Positions 14,621-27,260 of a stretch of 64,000 nucleotides of DNA are shown here, piece by piece. Made by a program: the position numbers and the translations under genes. Position 1 is the first letter of the stretch. Each line of letters opens with the position of its first letter. The notes under the pieces were generated by a model. The model did no database searches. It saw only the letters and a list, made by a program, of their open reading frames with translations, and was not told where the DNA came from. The stretch is taken from contig NIVC01001119.1 of assembly GCA_002269645.1 (NCBI GenBank), positions 248,001-312,000 of the forward strand, written 5' to 3'. Source of the stretch: Macrostomum lignano (lineage: Eukaryota).

Positions 14621-15659
14621 GCCATTCTCCAACCCCTTGAGGACCCCTTGAGCAGAGGAGAGCCATGGCCTCAAGTTAAAAGAATGTAAATTATATTCTC
14701 CTCAAGTAGGTCTAATAGAATATATCATCTGGTTTTTCCTTTTTGCTTCCTAAAAGGGAAGAAAATTGCATTCTGGGTTGTAAAAATTGCATCTTAAGAA
14801 AAAACCTAAAGCCTAGGCCACACTCAAAATGATGTCCTTCTGCCTAGAAAAATTCTGGCACACAGAAGCCTTCTTAGATCCATATGTCAGCACAATCAAT
14901 GCAGAAACCACACTGTGCAGTGTAGAGGTGCAGTACAGTGCAAGCTATGCTATGTTAAAAATGCAATGTAGCAAAGTATAAAAATATAAAAGTGTGATTT
15001 AAGGGTCAATTAAAAAAATTACTTTTAAACAATTTTTATTAACAACTCCAGTGAGATTTTGAAAGGTATGTTTTAGTAATCTTGTCTATTTTATTTGATA
15101 AATCCTATTGCCCTAAGTAAAAAGATACCTTATTTTTTTTAAATTGGTAAGCAATAAAAGTTACAAAACTTTTTGTCTTTTTATATCTTTTATTTTATAT
15201 CATTTTTCAACATTTGCATCAAAAATTCAAGTATATCTAAAACAAAATATTAGGTAATTAAGAATTCAAAATATATATATATTGCATTTGGCTTTGTATT
15301 TTTAATGACTTTTGATACATTGCTAGAACATAGGCCCCAACTAATTTTCTTTAACTTTAAAAATACAAAAGCATGAAGAGGATAGTGACCCCTGGTCTCC
15401 CACCTTTAATGTCCAGGGTTGGTGGCGCACAGATGTGGCGCGATGAGCAGGTGGGTACAAGGGCACCTAAATGGCTACATCCTAGGTGCACTTGCACTTG
15501 TTGGCCACAAGCACATAGTTTTTGTAAATTTGTTTTTTCAAACTTATTTTTATGAAAAAGATGACATAGTTCATTATTATTCCAAAATAAAGCCTAGATA
15601 GTAATGTTTCTTCTTTATAGCAACTCCAAATAGCAATTTTATGAAGCACAAAAAAGACA

Positions 15660-16740
15660 TTTTGCAGTCTGAGCTCATTTGGGTCACTCAATAGGTGGAA
15701 CACAACTTTTCTTTTGTATCCAGCTTTGACTCCACAGTTGCTTTTAGGAGAATGTTTCCTGATTTATCAATTGCAAGACTTTTTGTTTGGCAGGATGAAA
15801 GTGACATGCTTGACTATTAAAACACTAGAACCAGAATTTATGGCAATGCTAATTGAGAAGCTATCAAAATGCCCATTCTTGGTTCTTCTCAATGAAAAAA
15901 CAAGCAAAAATAGGTCCTTTGTTGCCTTTCTAGTGCACCATTTAGATCTAGATAAGAAAGAGGTCATTACTATTTGCTTAATACCATGAGAAGTGAAAAG
16001 GGTAGTATAATTGCAAAACTACAAAAGGAACCCAGCTTCAGCATATTCTCGATCTTGGTGGTTGCTCACTACACCATGTGCACAATGCGACCAAGTATGC
16101 TATCACTGCACTGGGAGAAATAGAGCAATTTGCTAAGGCATCTTCAACTACTTTTGCTATGCCAAACGAAGGAAGAATATTAAAGTGATTCAACAAGAGT
16201 TACAAATTCTGGAACTTTCTCTATTCTAGCCATTTGAGACCCGCTGGTTGCAGATGCATCTAGTCATCAGTCAGCTTCTTGTTGTGTGGCCTGCTTTGAA
16301 ACACTTCAGCCAAGCTCCAGATGATTCCAATGAAGACACAGAGAACAAGATGCAACTAAAGCATATCAAGCTTGCGACTACAAACAATACCAGACTCCTG
16401 AAACTCCAATTTCTTTAGGATGCACTGCAGCAATGCAAGAAGTTTGAACTTCTTTTTCAAAGGAATGAACCTCTGATTCATGTCCTTTTCCAGAAGATGG
16501 ATGATCTGTTCAAGTCTGTTTTTGTCTGCTTTGTCTCACTCAAAGGAAGCCATAGAAGGCAGGGCTATGCATCAGATTGACTTCAAAAATTATGTCAACC
16601 ACCTTTCAGCCAAGCAGATAATTATTGGCAAACTCACACAGACAGCTACCAAGAAGCATAAAGAAGCAATGCATTTACTAATTAGTGCTGAAAAAGATGA
16701 GCAACCAATTGCAAAAAAGCAAAAGACTCTATAGAAGGAG
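15660..16740 (+). pseudogene. Degraded hAT-superfamily transposase
   Basis: Frameshifted fragments containing stops: SELIW...EHNFSFVS...RMFPD, FGRMKVTC, LVLLNEKT, DLGGCSLHHVHNATKYA (CxxH), FETRWL (TRW motif), KFELLFQRNEPLIHVL. TIRs not found. Confidence 0.75.
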
Positions 16741-18039
16741 TGCTAGAACCTGTTGAGTCCCTAGATTCCCCAGTCAGGGGGGCCTTTGCATCAGAGTTCA
16801 AGGTGGACTAGCACTGGCATGGTGTCAACTATGGTTCAGGGCACATCCAGTAAGAAGAGGAAGGACTGATCCTTCAATATAATCATTAGTTGATTTTTTT
16901 AATGCAAATGCACAGACTTACAACAATATACCATTGTGTTTTTTTAAATGTTCTCAAGAACACAAATGTAATGTCAGTATTAGTAATTAAAATTAGCTAG
17001 ATTAGTTGTATAAGAATTATGTTTAATTCAAACTTACTTACTCTCTACTAAGTTTTAATTCTTACAATTTCATTTGAACTTCACTTAAAAATAGACTAGT
17101 TGCTTAATTACATCATTAATTAGATGTTGAGGTACTTTTGTTACTTAAAAGTGTCATAGTTACTCCCACTATTTACCTTATTACTTTTTGCTTATATTTG
17201 GAAACACATTTGATTTTTGGATTTAGAAATTTTTGGACATTAAGATTTGGTTTTAAAAAACTTGCAAAAATCTTTATTTGGTCTTATCATTACATGGGAC
17301 CCTCATTGAAGTCTTTACTTTTATAGTTTTTTTTACTTTTATGAGCAGAGCTTATATTTTTTTGTCTATTATACTATAGTACTATATTATATATATTATA
17401 TAAGTAAAAGCTTTTTATTACTTTTGCTACAAAAAGTGAATAAAAAAAATTAAGTGGCTAGGCCTAGGTCTAATAATTTGCTAGGCAGCTTTTTAAAGAA
17501 AATGTTATTATCTACAAAAATAAATGGATAAATATAAATATAATATAGATAATCCTAGGTCGATTTGGTAAGAAAACATTTTAGTGATAATAACTTTGGT
17601 GACAACTTAGGACATTTCAATGACACTAGTGGTCAATTCAATGACAAGGTTTTTAGACTTGATTTTACTAAACTTCTTTATTAAAATAAAAAAATGTAAA
17701 AAAAATAAAAAAACTTTTTATAACAAAATTTGTTTAAAAAATTAAAAAAAAATTTAAAAAACACTAGGCCTATCATTAATATTTTATTTGAGTGTATTTG
17801 ATAGCATAAAATTATATTATAGTAGCATGCTATTCATATCCAATGGCTTAAATTGTGTCTACTTAAGTCAATGACAATTCTTTGATGTTTTGTTTTTTTA
17901 CCTTTAATTCTCATGGACCTGGGACAAGAACTGCAATTATCAACTTCCTTGTCTCCAATATGCCTCCCTACTTGGGCATGACAAGAAGTTGCCATGAAAT
18001 ATAAAGGAAACACATGCAGCTTGACTAGCTTGATTTCAA

Positions 18040-19141
18040 TAGTGTTCTACCATAGCCATAGCTATAGCTACAAGATCCTATGGCAAATATAGTAAAATAG
18101 GTGCCTATGGGCTATGGCAGCTATGGATACGCCTAGGGCCTATGGTAGCTAGCTACTCTTATGGCTACAACTACAGAAATATAATAGTTGCTGTCATATT
18201 CCATAGATTCCTGTAGGCCTAGCTATAGTTATTTATTTAAAAAAAAATGAAAAAACATTTGAAACAGGTAGAGTAAAACAAAGATACTTTAGTAAATTGT
18301 ATTATCAACTTAGAAACTTATAGAATATAGAGGTCGGACGGGATCCTGATCCCAATCCTGAAATCTCGGGATCCTGAAGAAAATTGAATTCCTGCGGGAC
18401 CAGAATTCTGACCCTAAAAAACTCAAGATTTGGGAACAGGTCTTTTGATTAAAAATTTATAGAATTAGTGATTACTTGAAGCGAAGGTATTTTGCTTTAA
18501 CTTGTACTTGTTATATTATTTACTTTGTTGGTTACAAAACTTCATATCAATTTCATTATGTTTTACTTCTTGATCTTGACAATCTTTTCTCAATTTTGTT
18601 TAACTTTGCATGGACAATACACTATAAGACCTGATCCCGATTCTCAAATCCCAATCCCGATCCCAATCCCAAGAAAAAAATTAGGGCTTATTCCCAATCC
18701 TAATCCCACCTGAAGATTTCAATCCCATCCAACCTCTAGAATATACCTAATAAAGTACAATAAAACACTAGCAAACTCTAATTTTTATTTATGTGAAAAA
18801 GTTTAGCATTAAGCCCTAGTACTTTTAGTAGCAATTAAGCATTTTTGCTTTATAAAAAGATAAAAAATATTATTTTACAAAGGTAATCAAGTTTTTCTTT
18901 TATTTTCTAACTTAATTTGCAGTTTTTTAAACACTAGGTTATCTTCTTGAGTTAAAATATTTTGTTTTCTAGACTTTTTGTTAAAACTATGGCTAGGCCT
19001 ACGGCTATGGGAACTATCTATGGGAATATGGTTGGTAATATTGGGGAGAATTGGAATAACCCCTAGTTTTTACCCCTAGTTAGTAGCCATAGCTTATGGC
19101 TACAGCTATGGTACATGGACCCTCCTTACAGTGGAACACTA
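18040..19141. mobile_element. Non-autonomous hAT-type element
   Basis: TIRs TAGTGTTCTAC / GTGGAACACTA (10/11), perfect 8-bp TSD GATTTCAA (18032-18039, 19142-19149), many subterminal CCATAG/CTATGG motifs. Confidence 0.85.
18330..18736. mobile_element. 407-bp MITE with 9-bp TSD (Mutator-like)
   Basis: TIRs GAGGTCGGACGGGAT / ATCCCATCCAACCTC (13/15), perfect TSD TAGAATATA (18321-18329, 18737-18745), subterminal ATCCC repeats. Confidence 0.83.
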
Positions 19142-20980
19142 GATTTCAAATAATTGGAAAGCAGTTTATAAAAAACTACTGCAGTTGCTCTATCTAGATT
19201 CTAGTATCTATTAGTATATTACCAACGAAAAGTAGTAAAATCAAGTCTAAAAAAAGCTTGTCACTGAATTGACTACCGGTATCACCGAAAAGCCTCAAGT
19301 TGTCACGAAGTTTTTGTCACCGAAATGTCTTGTCAGTTGTCACCGACACCAAGTTGATCTGGAACCATACCATATGATACAGATTACAGACATATCTACG
19401 AAAGTAACAAGAATATATCGTTCCTTCGAACAAAGAACAAGATAGATCAAAGTCAAAGTCAAAGCACTGCCCATTTTTGCTACTAACATTATGAATTAGC
19501 CTCGGCTTTGTATGGTTTGGTTGGTTGGTTTGATTTCTAACCAGATTCATAATTCATAAACCGGTTTGGCGTTTTAAAAACTCTGGTTCTAGGAAAAATC
19601 ATTTTTTTGCAATCAAAGACTTGAAGAGTTAAAACAAATATCTGAATTGTTGTTAAGTATTTTTGTCACAGTGGTTTGTTATGAAATACATTTGAAAAAT
19701 TTAAAATATGAAGATTAAAGACAGTAGATTTTCTCCGTTTCGAAATACTTTAAACGCTTAACTTTTTTTCAAAGTTTCGCGTTATAACTTATAGATCTTA
19801 ACCCAAATGCATACCCCACTTCTAAAGTAAGCTGTATAGGTAAACTAAGATTGTGCGTGGTAATGTGCATATACATGTCATCATTATTAACGAATAAGAG
19901 TTACTTTCTAGGATTGAATGGTATCCCCTGTCAGAACTCATGATCAACAGCACTACTTGTAAGGCAACAAAATTGTGAGACATAAAGAATGAGTCTAAAC
20001 AATCTCGTTTACACGTTTTTCAGACAACGAGCTGAAAAATCTATGGTTTTCTCAGCCAATATCACCTGTAACGTAGTAAAAAGCTCATGTGGATTGCCAG
20101 GCTACGACGATGTACATGTACGCATTGTTGAACTGCACTTTCAAAATCAAACAATTTTTCTACGTATATATGTGTAGCATGTTGCAACCACGGTCCGGGT
20201 TGCAGGGGGAGCCCATTCATTTTTTTCGGGCATCTCCGCTCACGCTGAGGCCAGAGGCTTCGGCGTCGTCGGGGCATGCGGCCGCGCCGGCTCCCTGCCC
20301 CCGCTGCTGTCTCTCGCATAAAACTCCCCTCTGTAGCCTTACTGTCTGCACCTCGATTAGATCCGCATGGTTTTGCGACTGATCTTATGTAATTCCCCTT
20401 AATTCCCTTATAATCCCCCTGTGGCGCTGTCTCATTATATTTGCATAAGTCTATCGCTTTTCTTATTCTCTCTCTATTTTCACTTAGCAGAATTATCTAG
20501 AATACATTTATATGCCTCTAATTCCAGTATTTTCTGAATTATTTACTAGCTACGTCATCTTCCCCTAGTTTAGTGCCTCCTGTTAATGTTCTTTATAGTT
20601 TTTACTCTCGCACCTTTCCGATTTATACTTGCTTTTACATAGTGCACATCACTCATGATCAACTTCCCTCTTTCCCCTGTCCCTGTGCAAGCCCCAACTG
20701 CTCACGCAAATTCCGTCAGCATTGTTGCCTCCTTTCCCCCCGCCAATCTATATTCTCTTCTATTGCTACTTGTAGTGATCATTTTCGTAAGAATTGTCTT
20801 CCCTCTGATTCTTTTTCCTAGCCAAATGCACATGCAGTGTCTAGTCTATAGACATGTGTAGGCGATCATCCCTGCTCCCACCCCCTCTAAATCTTCCTTT
20901 ACCCTCATTTGTTCTACGCTTCACCCACACGTGATATAATCCTATTTTTAGAAACAGCTATCTCAGTGACGCCAGAGACC

Positions 20981-21050
20981 GCCAATCAGACAATGCCAAT
21001 CAGAGGCCTAGGGATCGTTATGGCAACGACCTTATAGAGCATGACGTGAC
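20981..21050 (+). promoter_or_regulatory. Promoter-like motif cluster (2x CCAAT, RFX-like half site, TGACG)
   Basis: GCCAATCAGA at 20981 and 20995, CGTTATGGCAACG at 21016-21028, ATGACGTGAC at 21041. No downstream gene identified. Confidence 0.3.
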
Positions 21051-21292
21051 CAGCTTTGGGACTCAGAAACCCTCAGACTCAAATCACTATCGGTGCTGTC
21101 GTGTCGCGATCACGAATCCTTTGAGTCCTGGACGTCCTAATTTTGCCGGACCGTGCTAGCAGCGTCATCTATGGCATTGATCCTACTGGGGAACAATACC
21201 GGCATCAGCCTCAAAAGCCTGGCAGTCCCTGCCGCAACATTAGCCAGCATCATCATCAACTCGCTTCTAGCCGCCTCCCGGCCTGCGACGTG

Positions 21293-21541
21293 CTCTCTCC
21301 CCCCCCCCTCTCTCTCTCTCTCTCCCTCTCTCTCTCCCTCTCTCTCTCTCTCTCCCTCTCTCCCCCTCTCTCTCTCTCCCTCTCTCCCCCCTCTCTCTCT
21401 CTCCCTCTCTCTCTGCCTCTCTCCCTCTCTCTCTCTCTCCCTCTCTCTCTCCCTCTCTCCCTCTCTCCCCCTCTCTCTCCCCCTCTCTCTTTCCCTCTCT
21501 CTCTCCCTCTCTATCTACCACTCTCTCCCTCCTCTCTCTCC

Positions 21542-21570
<29 letters not shown>
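21293..21570. repeat. CT-rich simple repeat
   Basis: (CT)n/(CTCTCC)n low-complexity tract. Confidence 0.9.
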
Positions 21571-21575
<5 letters not shown>

Positions 21576-22112
21576 TCTGCATTCTGCCTCCTGTGAGTCT
21601 GCTCCTGTCTGTCATCATCTGCTTGGCTCACTTTTGAGCCTGTGTTTGCACTTTGCTTATCGCTATACAGATACTGAGTCCGCGTTTACTGTAATTAACA
21701 TTTTAAATTACTTAATAGAGAATCTATTAACCGAGCTGTACTTACTACTATTATTAAGCTTACTACTTTTTAATTTTCCTCATTTAAACTTCAATGACTT
21801 GCTAAGCCTGTCCTTCAGGCGGTGAAGCTTAAGAAAGCTGTAGAAAGCCGTGAACAGGTGGCCGGCGCTGTGAGTGCGGGATTGTGAGTGGCAGAGATGG
21901 CATTGGAAGGTTGGAAGCATCGCAATGGACGGAATTCGTAGGACCCTTCTCACACTGAACATTTGGAAACCAGTGAGTTCAAGTTCCCTCATACCACTCT
22001 TAGTAGCCTAGCACGCTGGGATTTTCGTCAGTCACAGCCACAAAGGATCCCAGCTTCGGTTATAGGGCAACTTCCCGACCAGCTCACACCCCTTATCATC
22101 ATGGCCAGGGAG

Positions 22113-22699
22113 CAGGGGCGTCGCCATGGATTTTATGGTGGGGGGGGACAAGCCAAGAAAGCTACGTGTACAATTACATATTATTTTTGTACATTTTGGC
22201 GCCACAGGCACTCATTTTGGCGCCACAGGCATTCATTTTAGCGCCGCAGGCACTCATTTTAGCGCCACAGGAACTCATTTTAGCGCCGCAGGCACTTATT
22301 TTAGCGCCGCAGGCACTCATTTTAGCGCCGCAGGTACTCATTTTAGCGCTGCAGGTACTCATTTTAGCGCTGCAGGTACTCATTTTAGCGCTGCAGGTAC
22401 TCATTTTAGCGCTGCAGGTACTCATTTTAGCGCCGCAGGTACTCATTTTTGCGCCATAGGCACTCATTTTAGCGCTGCAGGTACTCATTTTAGCGCTGCA
22501 GGCACTCATTTTAGCGCCGCAGACACTCATTTTGGCGCCACAGGCGCTATATTTTGTTGCCCTGTAGCAAAATTATTAATTTCCATAACGGGACACAAAG
22601 TTGGATGGGAGGGGAGAAAGCATTGGCATGCCCTCCCATATCTTTTACTGGGGGGGGGGCATGTCCCCCCTCTCCCCCCCCCCGGTGGCGACGCCCCTG
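22113..22699. mobile_element. hAT-like MITE with internal 21-bp tandem array, same family as 57538-58557
   Basis: 14-bp perfect TIR CAGGGGCGTCGCCA / TGGCGACGCCCCTG. Internal unit GCACTCATTTTAGCGCCGCAG. The TSD is degenerate (CCAGGGAG vs CTGGGGAC, 5/8). Confidence 0.8.
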
Positions 22700-23938
22700 C
22701 TGGGGACTGTGTGTGCCTATTCATAAAAGCCGTGTGATGGCAGCTTCCGTAGGGTGGTCCCCTACAGTGGCACGGATGAGGACGCTCTAAACTGGATTTT
22801 CTTAGAAATGACCGAGAGGCTGATAAAGAACGCTATAGAAAGCCCCATTCAGCGCTATGCATTCTCCGGAGAGCATTCCATATTTAAATTATCGCGCACA
22901 TCTGCCGAATGCAGATCGAAGGAATGCTTTCGCCATTATTCACGGAATGGCCAAGCCAAAGCGAGAGGCAACAGTGACCCCAGGTAGGTGTCTGGATGTG
23001 TCGGCGGGATTCTTTGTGCTCCGCCGATCCCAGCAGTAGTCAAGGCTGCAAGCCAAATTCGAAAACTCTGCTATAATTTGTATCTTTGCAGCTGCATTCA
23101 GTGTGTTTCAAGAACAACAGTTGTCGAAAATGGCTACCTTTTGCTTCGTATATATAGAAAGAAGCACCTGGAGACACACTGTAGCCACTTCGTTACATGA
23201 CGCGTTCAAAGTGTCGCGTCTGAATTTGTACCAAAAAACTGATGATGCATAACCATGAGGTACATCTAGATTTCTAAATTCTAAATTCTCAGTCAACAGT
23301 TTAGTATTTTGTTCGAATCGAATATCTGCTTGACAACAATTGTCTACAAGTTGATCTAAAAAATACAAGACTCGTCTGAAAGTTGTGCTAAAAAATTGGC
23401 ATCGAAGTGCAAATGTGCAAAAGTGCATTATTAAATGTCTTCGAATTCAGTCTTGTATTTTTACAACACGCACTCTAGAGTTGATATGCAGCCATATTTA
23501 TATACGTCCCAGAAAAGAACTCCTTTGCTAATGAATTAATCTAAATGTTGAGCTTTCGCAGTTAATGGATGCCATCTCATTGCCATGCGGAACCAAATGT
23601 CAAATTCGAACCGCCCACATTCCTGAATGTAATAAAGTGTAAGCTGGAAACCGAATATTAAACACTGACCGAATCCATTGTACAACGCTCAAGCGTGCAG
23701 ATAACGCCTATGTCTATGGTAAAATCCTATAGTCAGTCTATACAAAAAGCGTGCTGATCATAAAAAATCGTGCAGATAATTTATGTCTATGGCAAAACTT
23801 TAACATAGTTTGTCAGTGTGTATATTTTAAGTGAAAATTTAACGAAACAACTGCAAAGAACTTTATGAGAGGCCTGCGTCACTCGCAGTATTGTCCATTT
23901 TAAAGTAGTTGTAAAAAAGGTACCGTCATTTTGGCAAA

Positions 23939-24451
23939 TTAAAGGTGCACACTCACGTTTCCATGAAAGTTGAGTGTCAAGGCCGCACAAATGCAGATTA
24001 GCGACGCTGGTGAATGAAATCCGCCGTCAGGCTTACAAGCCGTGCCGTAGAACACTCGCAGCACACGGTTGACATCCTCCGGCTCAGCCGTCAGCAGGTC
24101 AATTTTTAATGACGGATTCGATTGCATGAAGGCCAACAGCCTTTTGACGTACTGATCCGTCTGTCGTCTGGTATTGTTAATCGCGACACTGTCTTCTAGG
24201 TCGTTGATAGCTTTTTCGAGGTCTTTAACGCTAGGCACGCAGTTGAACATGCCATCCAGGTCAATATCCTCGGGCAGCTCAAACTCGCCATCTCCATTTG
24301 ACGTTTGCTCGACCAGACGCTCGTCCATTTGCTTTTCCAAAAACCGCTCCTCGGTTTGCTGTTGAAGGAGAATATCAATCTTTGATGATGACATTCCGAA
24401 ATGGCTTCTCCATGGCAGTTTCTTGTAGTCTAGCTCGTACATAGTAGACAC
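23939..24451 (-). pseudogene. Crypton-like (tyrosine recombinase / DUF3504-associated) N-terminal fragment
   Basis: NTRRQTDQYVKRLLAFMQ...LLTAEPEDVNRVLRVFYGTACKPDGGFHSPASLICICAAL (about 24175-23978) matches the recalled pattern NT...T...V..F..W......EL...L..FY...RK.DG..Y...SL..IRAA of Crypton/ZMYM/KCTD1/QRICH1 proteins. The catalytic R-H-R-Y region was not seen. Confidence 0.6.
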
Positions 24452-24634
24452 GCTTAGCCGGTGGCTCCATGGTCAAGTTGTAGATCGCGTGATTTCTGTG
24501 CACTTCTTAAACTTCAAACGCTCTTAAAGTTATATAGATATAACGTTATGTCTATCGCTGATACCCGAAAAGCGTGCAGATATCGGATGTCTATGGCCAC
24601 CAGAGAGAATAATTTCGCGTTCGTACAATGCGTC

Positions 24635-24723
24635 TGACATTCAGTTTTGAGTGCGTAAATGTCTATGGCACTCGTGCGCTGCACTCGTGGCCAAGACATT
24701 AACGCACTCAAAACTGAATGTCA
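24635..24723. repeat. Hairpin with 22-bp perfect stem (about 30 bp with one mismatch)
   Basis: TGACATTCAGTTTTGAGTGCGT (24635-24656) vs ACGCACTCAAAACTGAATGTCA (24702-24723), with GTCTATGG inside. Confidence 0.85.
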
Positions 24724-24824
24724 ATCCTACATTATTTTCCCCACCTATCTGGAAGCTCAGATGCAGAAGATTCTCTGACAGTTGTCATGTCTGTTTATTA
24801 TGGCGTTGTAAATATGATGCAGAT

Positions 24825-25152
24825 AATGATGATGATGCAGATATGATGATGCAGGAGATGATGATGCAGATGATGATGATGCAGATGATGATGATGCAGA
24901 TGATGATGATGCAGATATCATGATGCAGATATCATGATGCAGATATCATGATGCAGATATCATGATGCAGATATCATGATGCAGATATCATGATGCAGAT
25001 ATCATGATGCAGATATCATGATGCAGATATCATGATGCAGATATGATGATGCAGATATCATGATGCAGATATCATGATGCAGATATCATGATGCAGATAT
25101 CATGATGCAGATATCATGATGCAGATATCATGATGCAGATATCATGATGCAG
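24825..25152. repeat. ATG-rich minisatellite (14-bp unit ATCATGATGCAGAT)
   Basis: Progresses from (ATG)nCAG to a regular 14-bp unit. Confidence 0.93.
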
Positions 25153-25414
25153 AAGCAGCACTGTACCATGTGGAAATTCTTTCCCACAAATTCAATGTCT
25201 TTCGTTTGCCTCTTTTTCTCTTGTCGCTTCTCTTGCTGTGTTTATCATTTCATAGAATTGTATAAAACGGTGTAATTTTTTCTGCACCTGCGTCATTTTA
25301 ATTGGTTCCAATTGCTGTGAGAGGCAGCAGCTGTTGAACGCTTGCAAAAGAAGTGCTTTCTCGGCCTTGTTGCAGATTTTTTTGGAAATTGCCAAGATTC
25401 GTAAAGATTCGTCA

Positions 25415-26218
25415 GGGATCGGGAAGGGAACTCAGTCAGGGATCGGGAAGGGAACTCAGTCAGAGATCGGGAAGGGAACTCAGTCAGAGATCGGGAAGGG
25501 AACTCAGTCAGAGATCGGGAAGGGAACTCAGTCGAGAATCGGGAAGGGAACTCAGTCAGAGATCGGGAAGGGAACTCAGTCAAGAATCGGGAAGGGAACT
25601 CAGTCAGAGATCAGGAAGGGAACTCAGTCAAGAATCGGGAAGGGAACGCAGTCAGGGATCTGGAAGGGAACTCAGTCAGTGATCGGGAAGGGCACTCAGT
25701 CAGGGATCGGGAAGGGCACTCAGCCAGAGATCGGGAAGGGAACTCAGTCAGAGATCGGGAAGGGAACTCAGTCAGAGATCGGGAAGGGAACTCAGTCAGG
25801 GATCGGGAAGGGAACTCAGTCAGAGATCGGGAAGGGAACTCAGTCAGAGATCGGGAAGGGAACTCAGTCAGGGATCGGGAAGGGAACTCAGTGGAGAATC
25901 GGGAAGGGCACTCAGTCAGGGATCGGGAAGGGAACTCAGTCAGGGATCTGGAAGGGAACTCAGTCAGTGATCGGGAAGGGCACTCAGTCCAGACCTGAAG
26001 GGAACTCAGTCAGTGATCGGGAAGGGCACTCAGTCAGAGATCGGGAAGGGCACTCAGTCAGTGATCGGGAAGGGAACTCAGTCAGGGATCGGGAAGGGAA
26101 CTCAGTCAGGGATCGGGAAGGGAACTCAGTCAGTGATCGGGAAGGGAACTCAGTCAGGGATCGGGAAGGGAACTCAGTCAGGGATCGGGAAGGGAACTCA
26201 GTCCAGACCTGAAGGGAA
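25415..26218. repeat. 24-bp minisatellite
   Basis: Unit GATCGGGAAGGGAACTCAGTCAG(A/G), about 33 copies. It explains the IGKGTQSE-repeat ORFs. Confidence 0.95.
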
Positions 26219-26849
26219 CCTAAAGAATGCTAAAAGGAATTCAATGAAAGACAGCAAGAGGGAAGTTGCTGTGGTAGCAATAAAACAGAATTCTCTAAGC
26301 CTTCCCCTTAGCTACCGGCCCGAGCCTCCAAAACCATAAGCCATAGACATAATTGAGTTTTAGAGGCAGTTGCAGCTGGGGTCGCAATCAGGTAATACCG
26401 TCTTGTGTTCCATTTTCTTCCAAGCTGAAAGGAAATTTCGGCATCGATATTTTCGTCCCTCAGGTCGGATCTCAGAGACTCTGCGTTTTTACTTCTTACC
26501 CCGTCTCTACCCCCCTTCTGCCTTCCCTCTATGCGACCCTGTGTCCCCGACCTACCCAATACCATAATACTTGGTGCAAACTGAACTGAACAAGCAGGCT
26601 TGGAGGACAGTCATAAAAAGTAATTTAGGACTGATGGCTTGGCTGGGGAGGTCAACCGGTACTTTGCCACCCAACCCATTAACCTTGCTAGTTTTGTGAC
26701 TGCGTGTATACTGCTATAGCAGCGACATCTGAATCGTAACCGAACTCTGACTTGATTTGCTTGTTGTCCAACACTACAGGTCATGGACTGGAAAAATGGC
26801 TGTTGTAGGAATGCTTTTAACTGGGATTATTCAGTGACTTGTGATGCAA

Positions 26850-27260
26850 TTTTTGTTAGATCGTTTGTTGAATCGTTTGTTGGATCGTTTGTTGGATCGT
26901 TTGTTGAATCGTTTGTTGGATCGTTTGTTGGACTTGTTGGACTGTTTGTTGGATTGTTTGTTGGATTGTTTGTAGCATTGTTGGATTGTTTGTAGCATTG
27001 TTGGACTGTTTGTTTGATTGTTTGTTGCATTGTTTGTAGCATTGTTAGATTGTTTGTTGGATTGTTGGTGCAATTTTGGGGGGAATGTTGAGGGAATGTT
27101 GGTGCGATTTTGGGGGGAATGTTGAGGGGGGGGGATGTTGGTGCAAATTGGGGGAAATGTTGGGGGGGGATGTTGGTGCAAATTGGGGGAAATGTTTGCG
27201 GGAATGTTTGCGGGAATGTTGGGGCGGGGGGTGTTGGGGTGACTGTTGAGGGGAATTTTC
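26850..27260. repeat. GT-rich 12-bp and related degenerate repeats
   Basis: TCGTTTGTTGGA units grading into GGGGGGAATGTT units. Confidence 0.8.

Larger units (their letters stand above)
17550..19346. mobile_element. Old TIR element with about 120-bp imperfect inverted ends, hosting two nested insertions
   Basis: About 17550-17670 is an inverted copy of about 19233-19346, including a perfect 21-bp block TTTTTAGACTTGATTTTACTA (17650-17670 vs 19233-19253) and the GTGACAACTT and GTCAATTCA motifs. No TSD resolved. Confidence 0.65.

Noticed and set aside
14800-17470. TIRs for the hAT transposase pseudogene (CCTAGG-containing motifs at about 14811 and 17455)
   Set aside because: Match limited to a short palindrome, with no TSD.
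21963-22112. RIPASVIGQLPDQLTPLII, faintly like a LINE reverse-transcriptase domain 0; DGSFRRVVP near 22737, faintly like a MULE DDE motif
   Set aside because: Similarity is too short, flanking frames contain stops, and no further motifs follow.
25334-26339. 292-aa IGKGTQSE repeat protein
   Set aside because: Translation of a 24-bp minisatellite (a multiple of 3), with no splice or homology support. The same applies to the repeat ORFs at 33638, 36384, 38708, 52541, 55815 and 62445.
26560-26700. Possible RTE LINE 3' tail (NKQAWRTVI)
   Set aside because: Single weak motif, with no RT upstream and no tail repeat.
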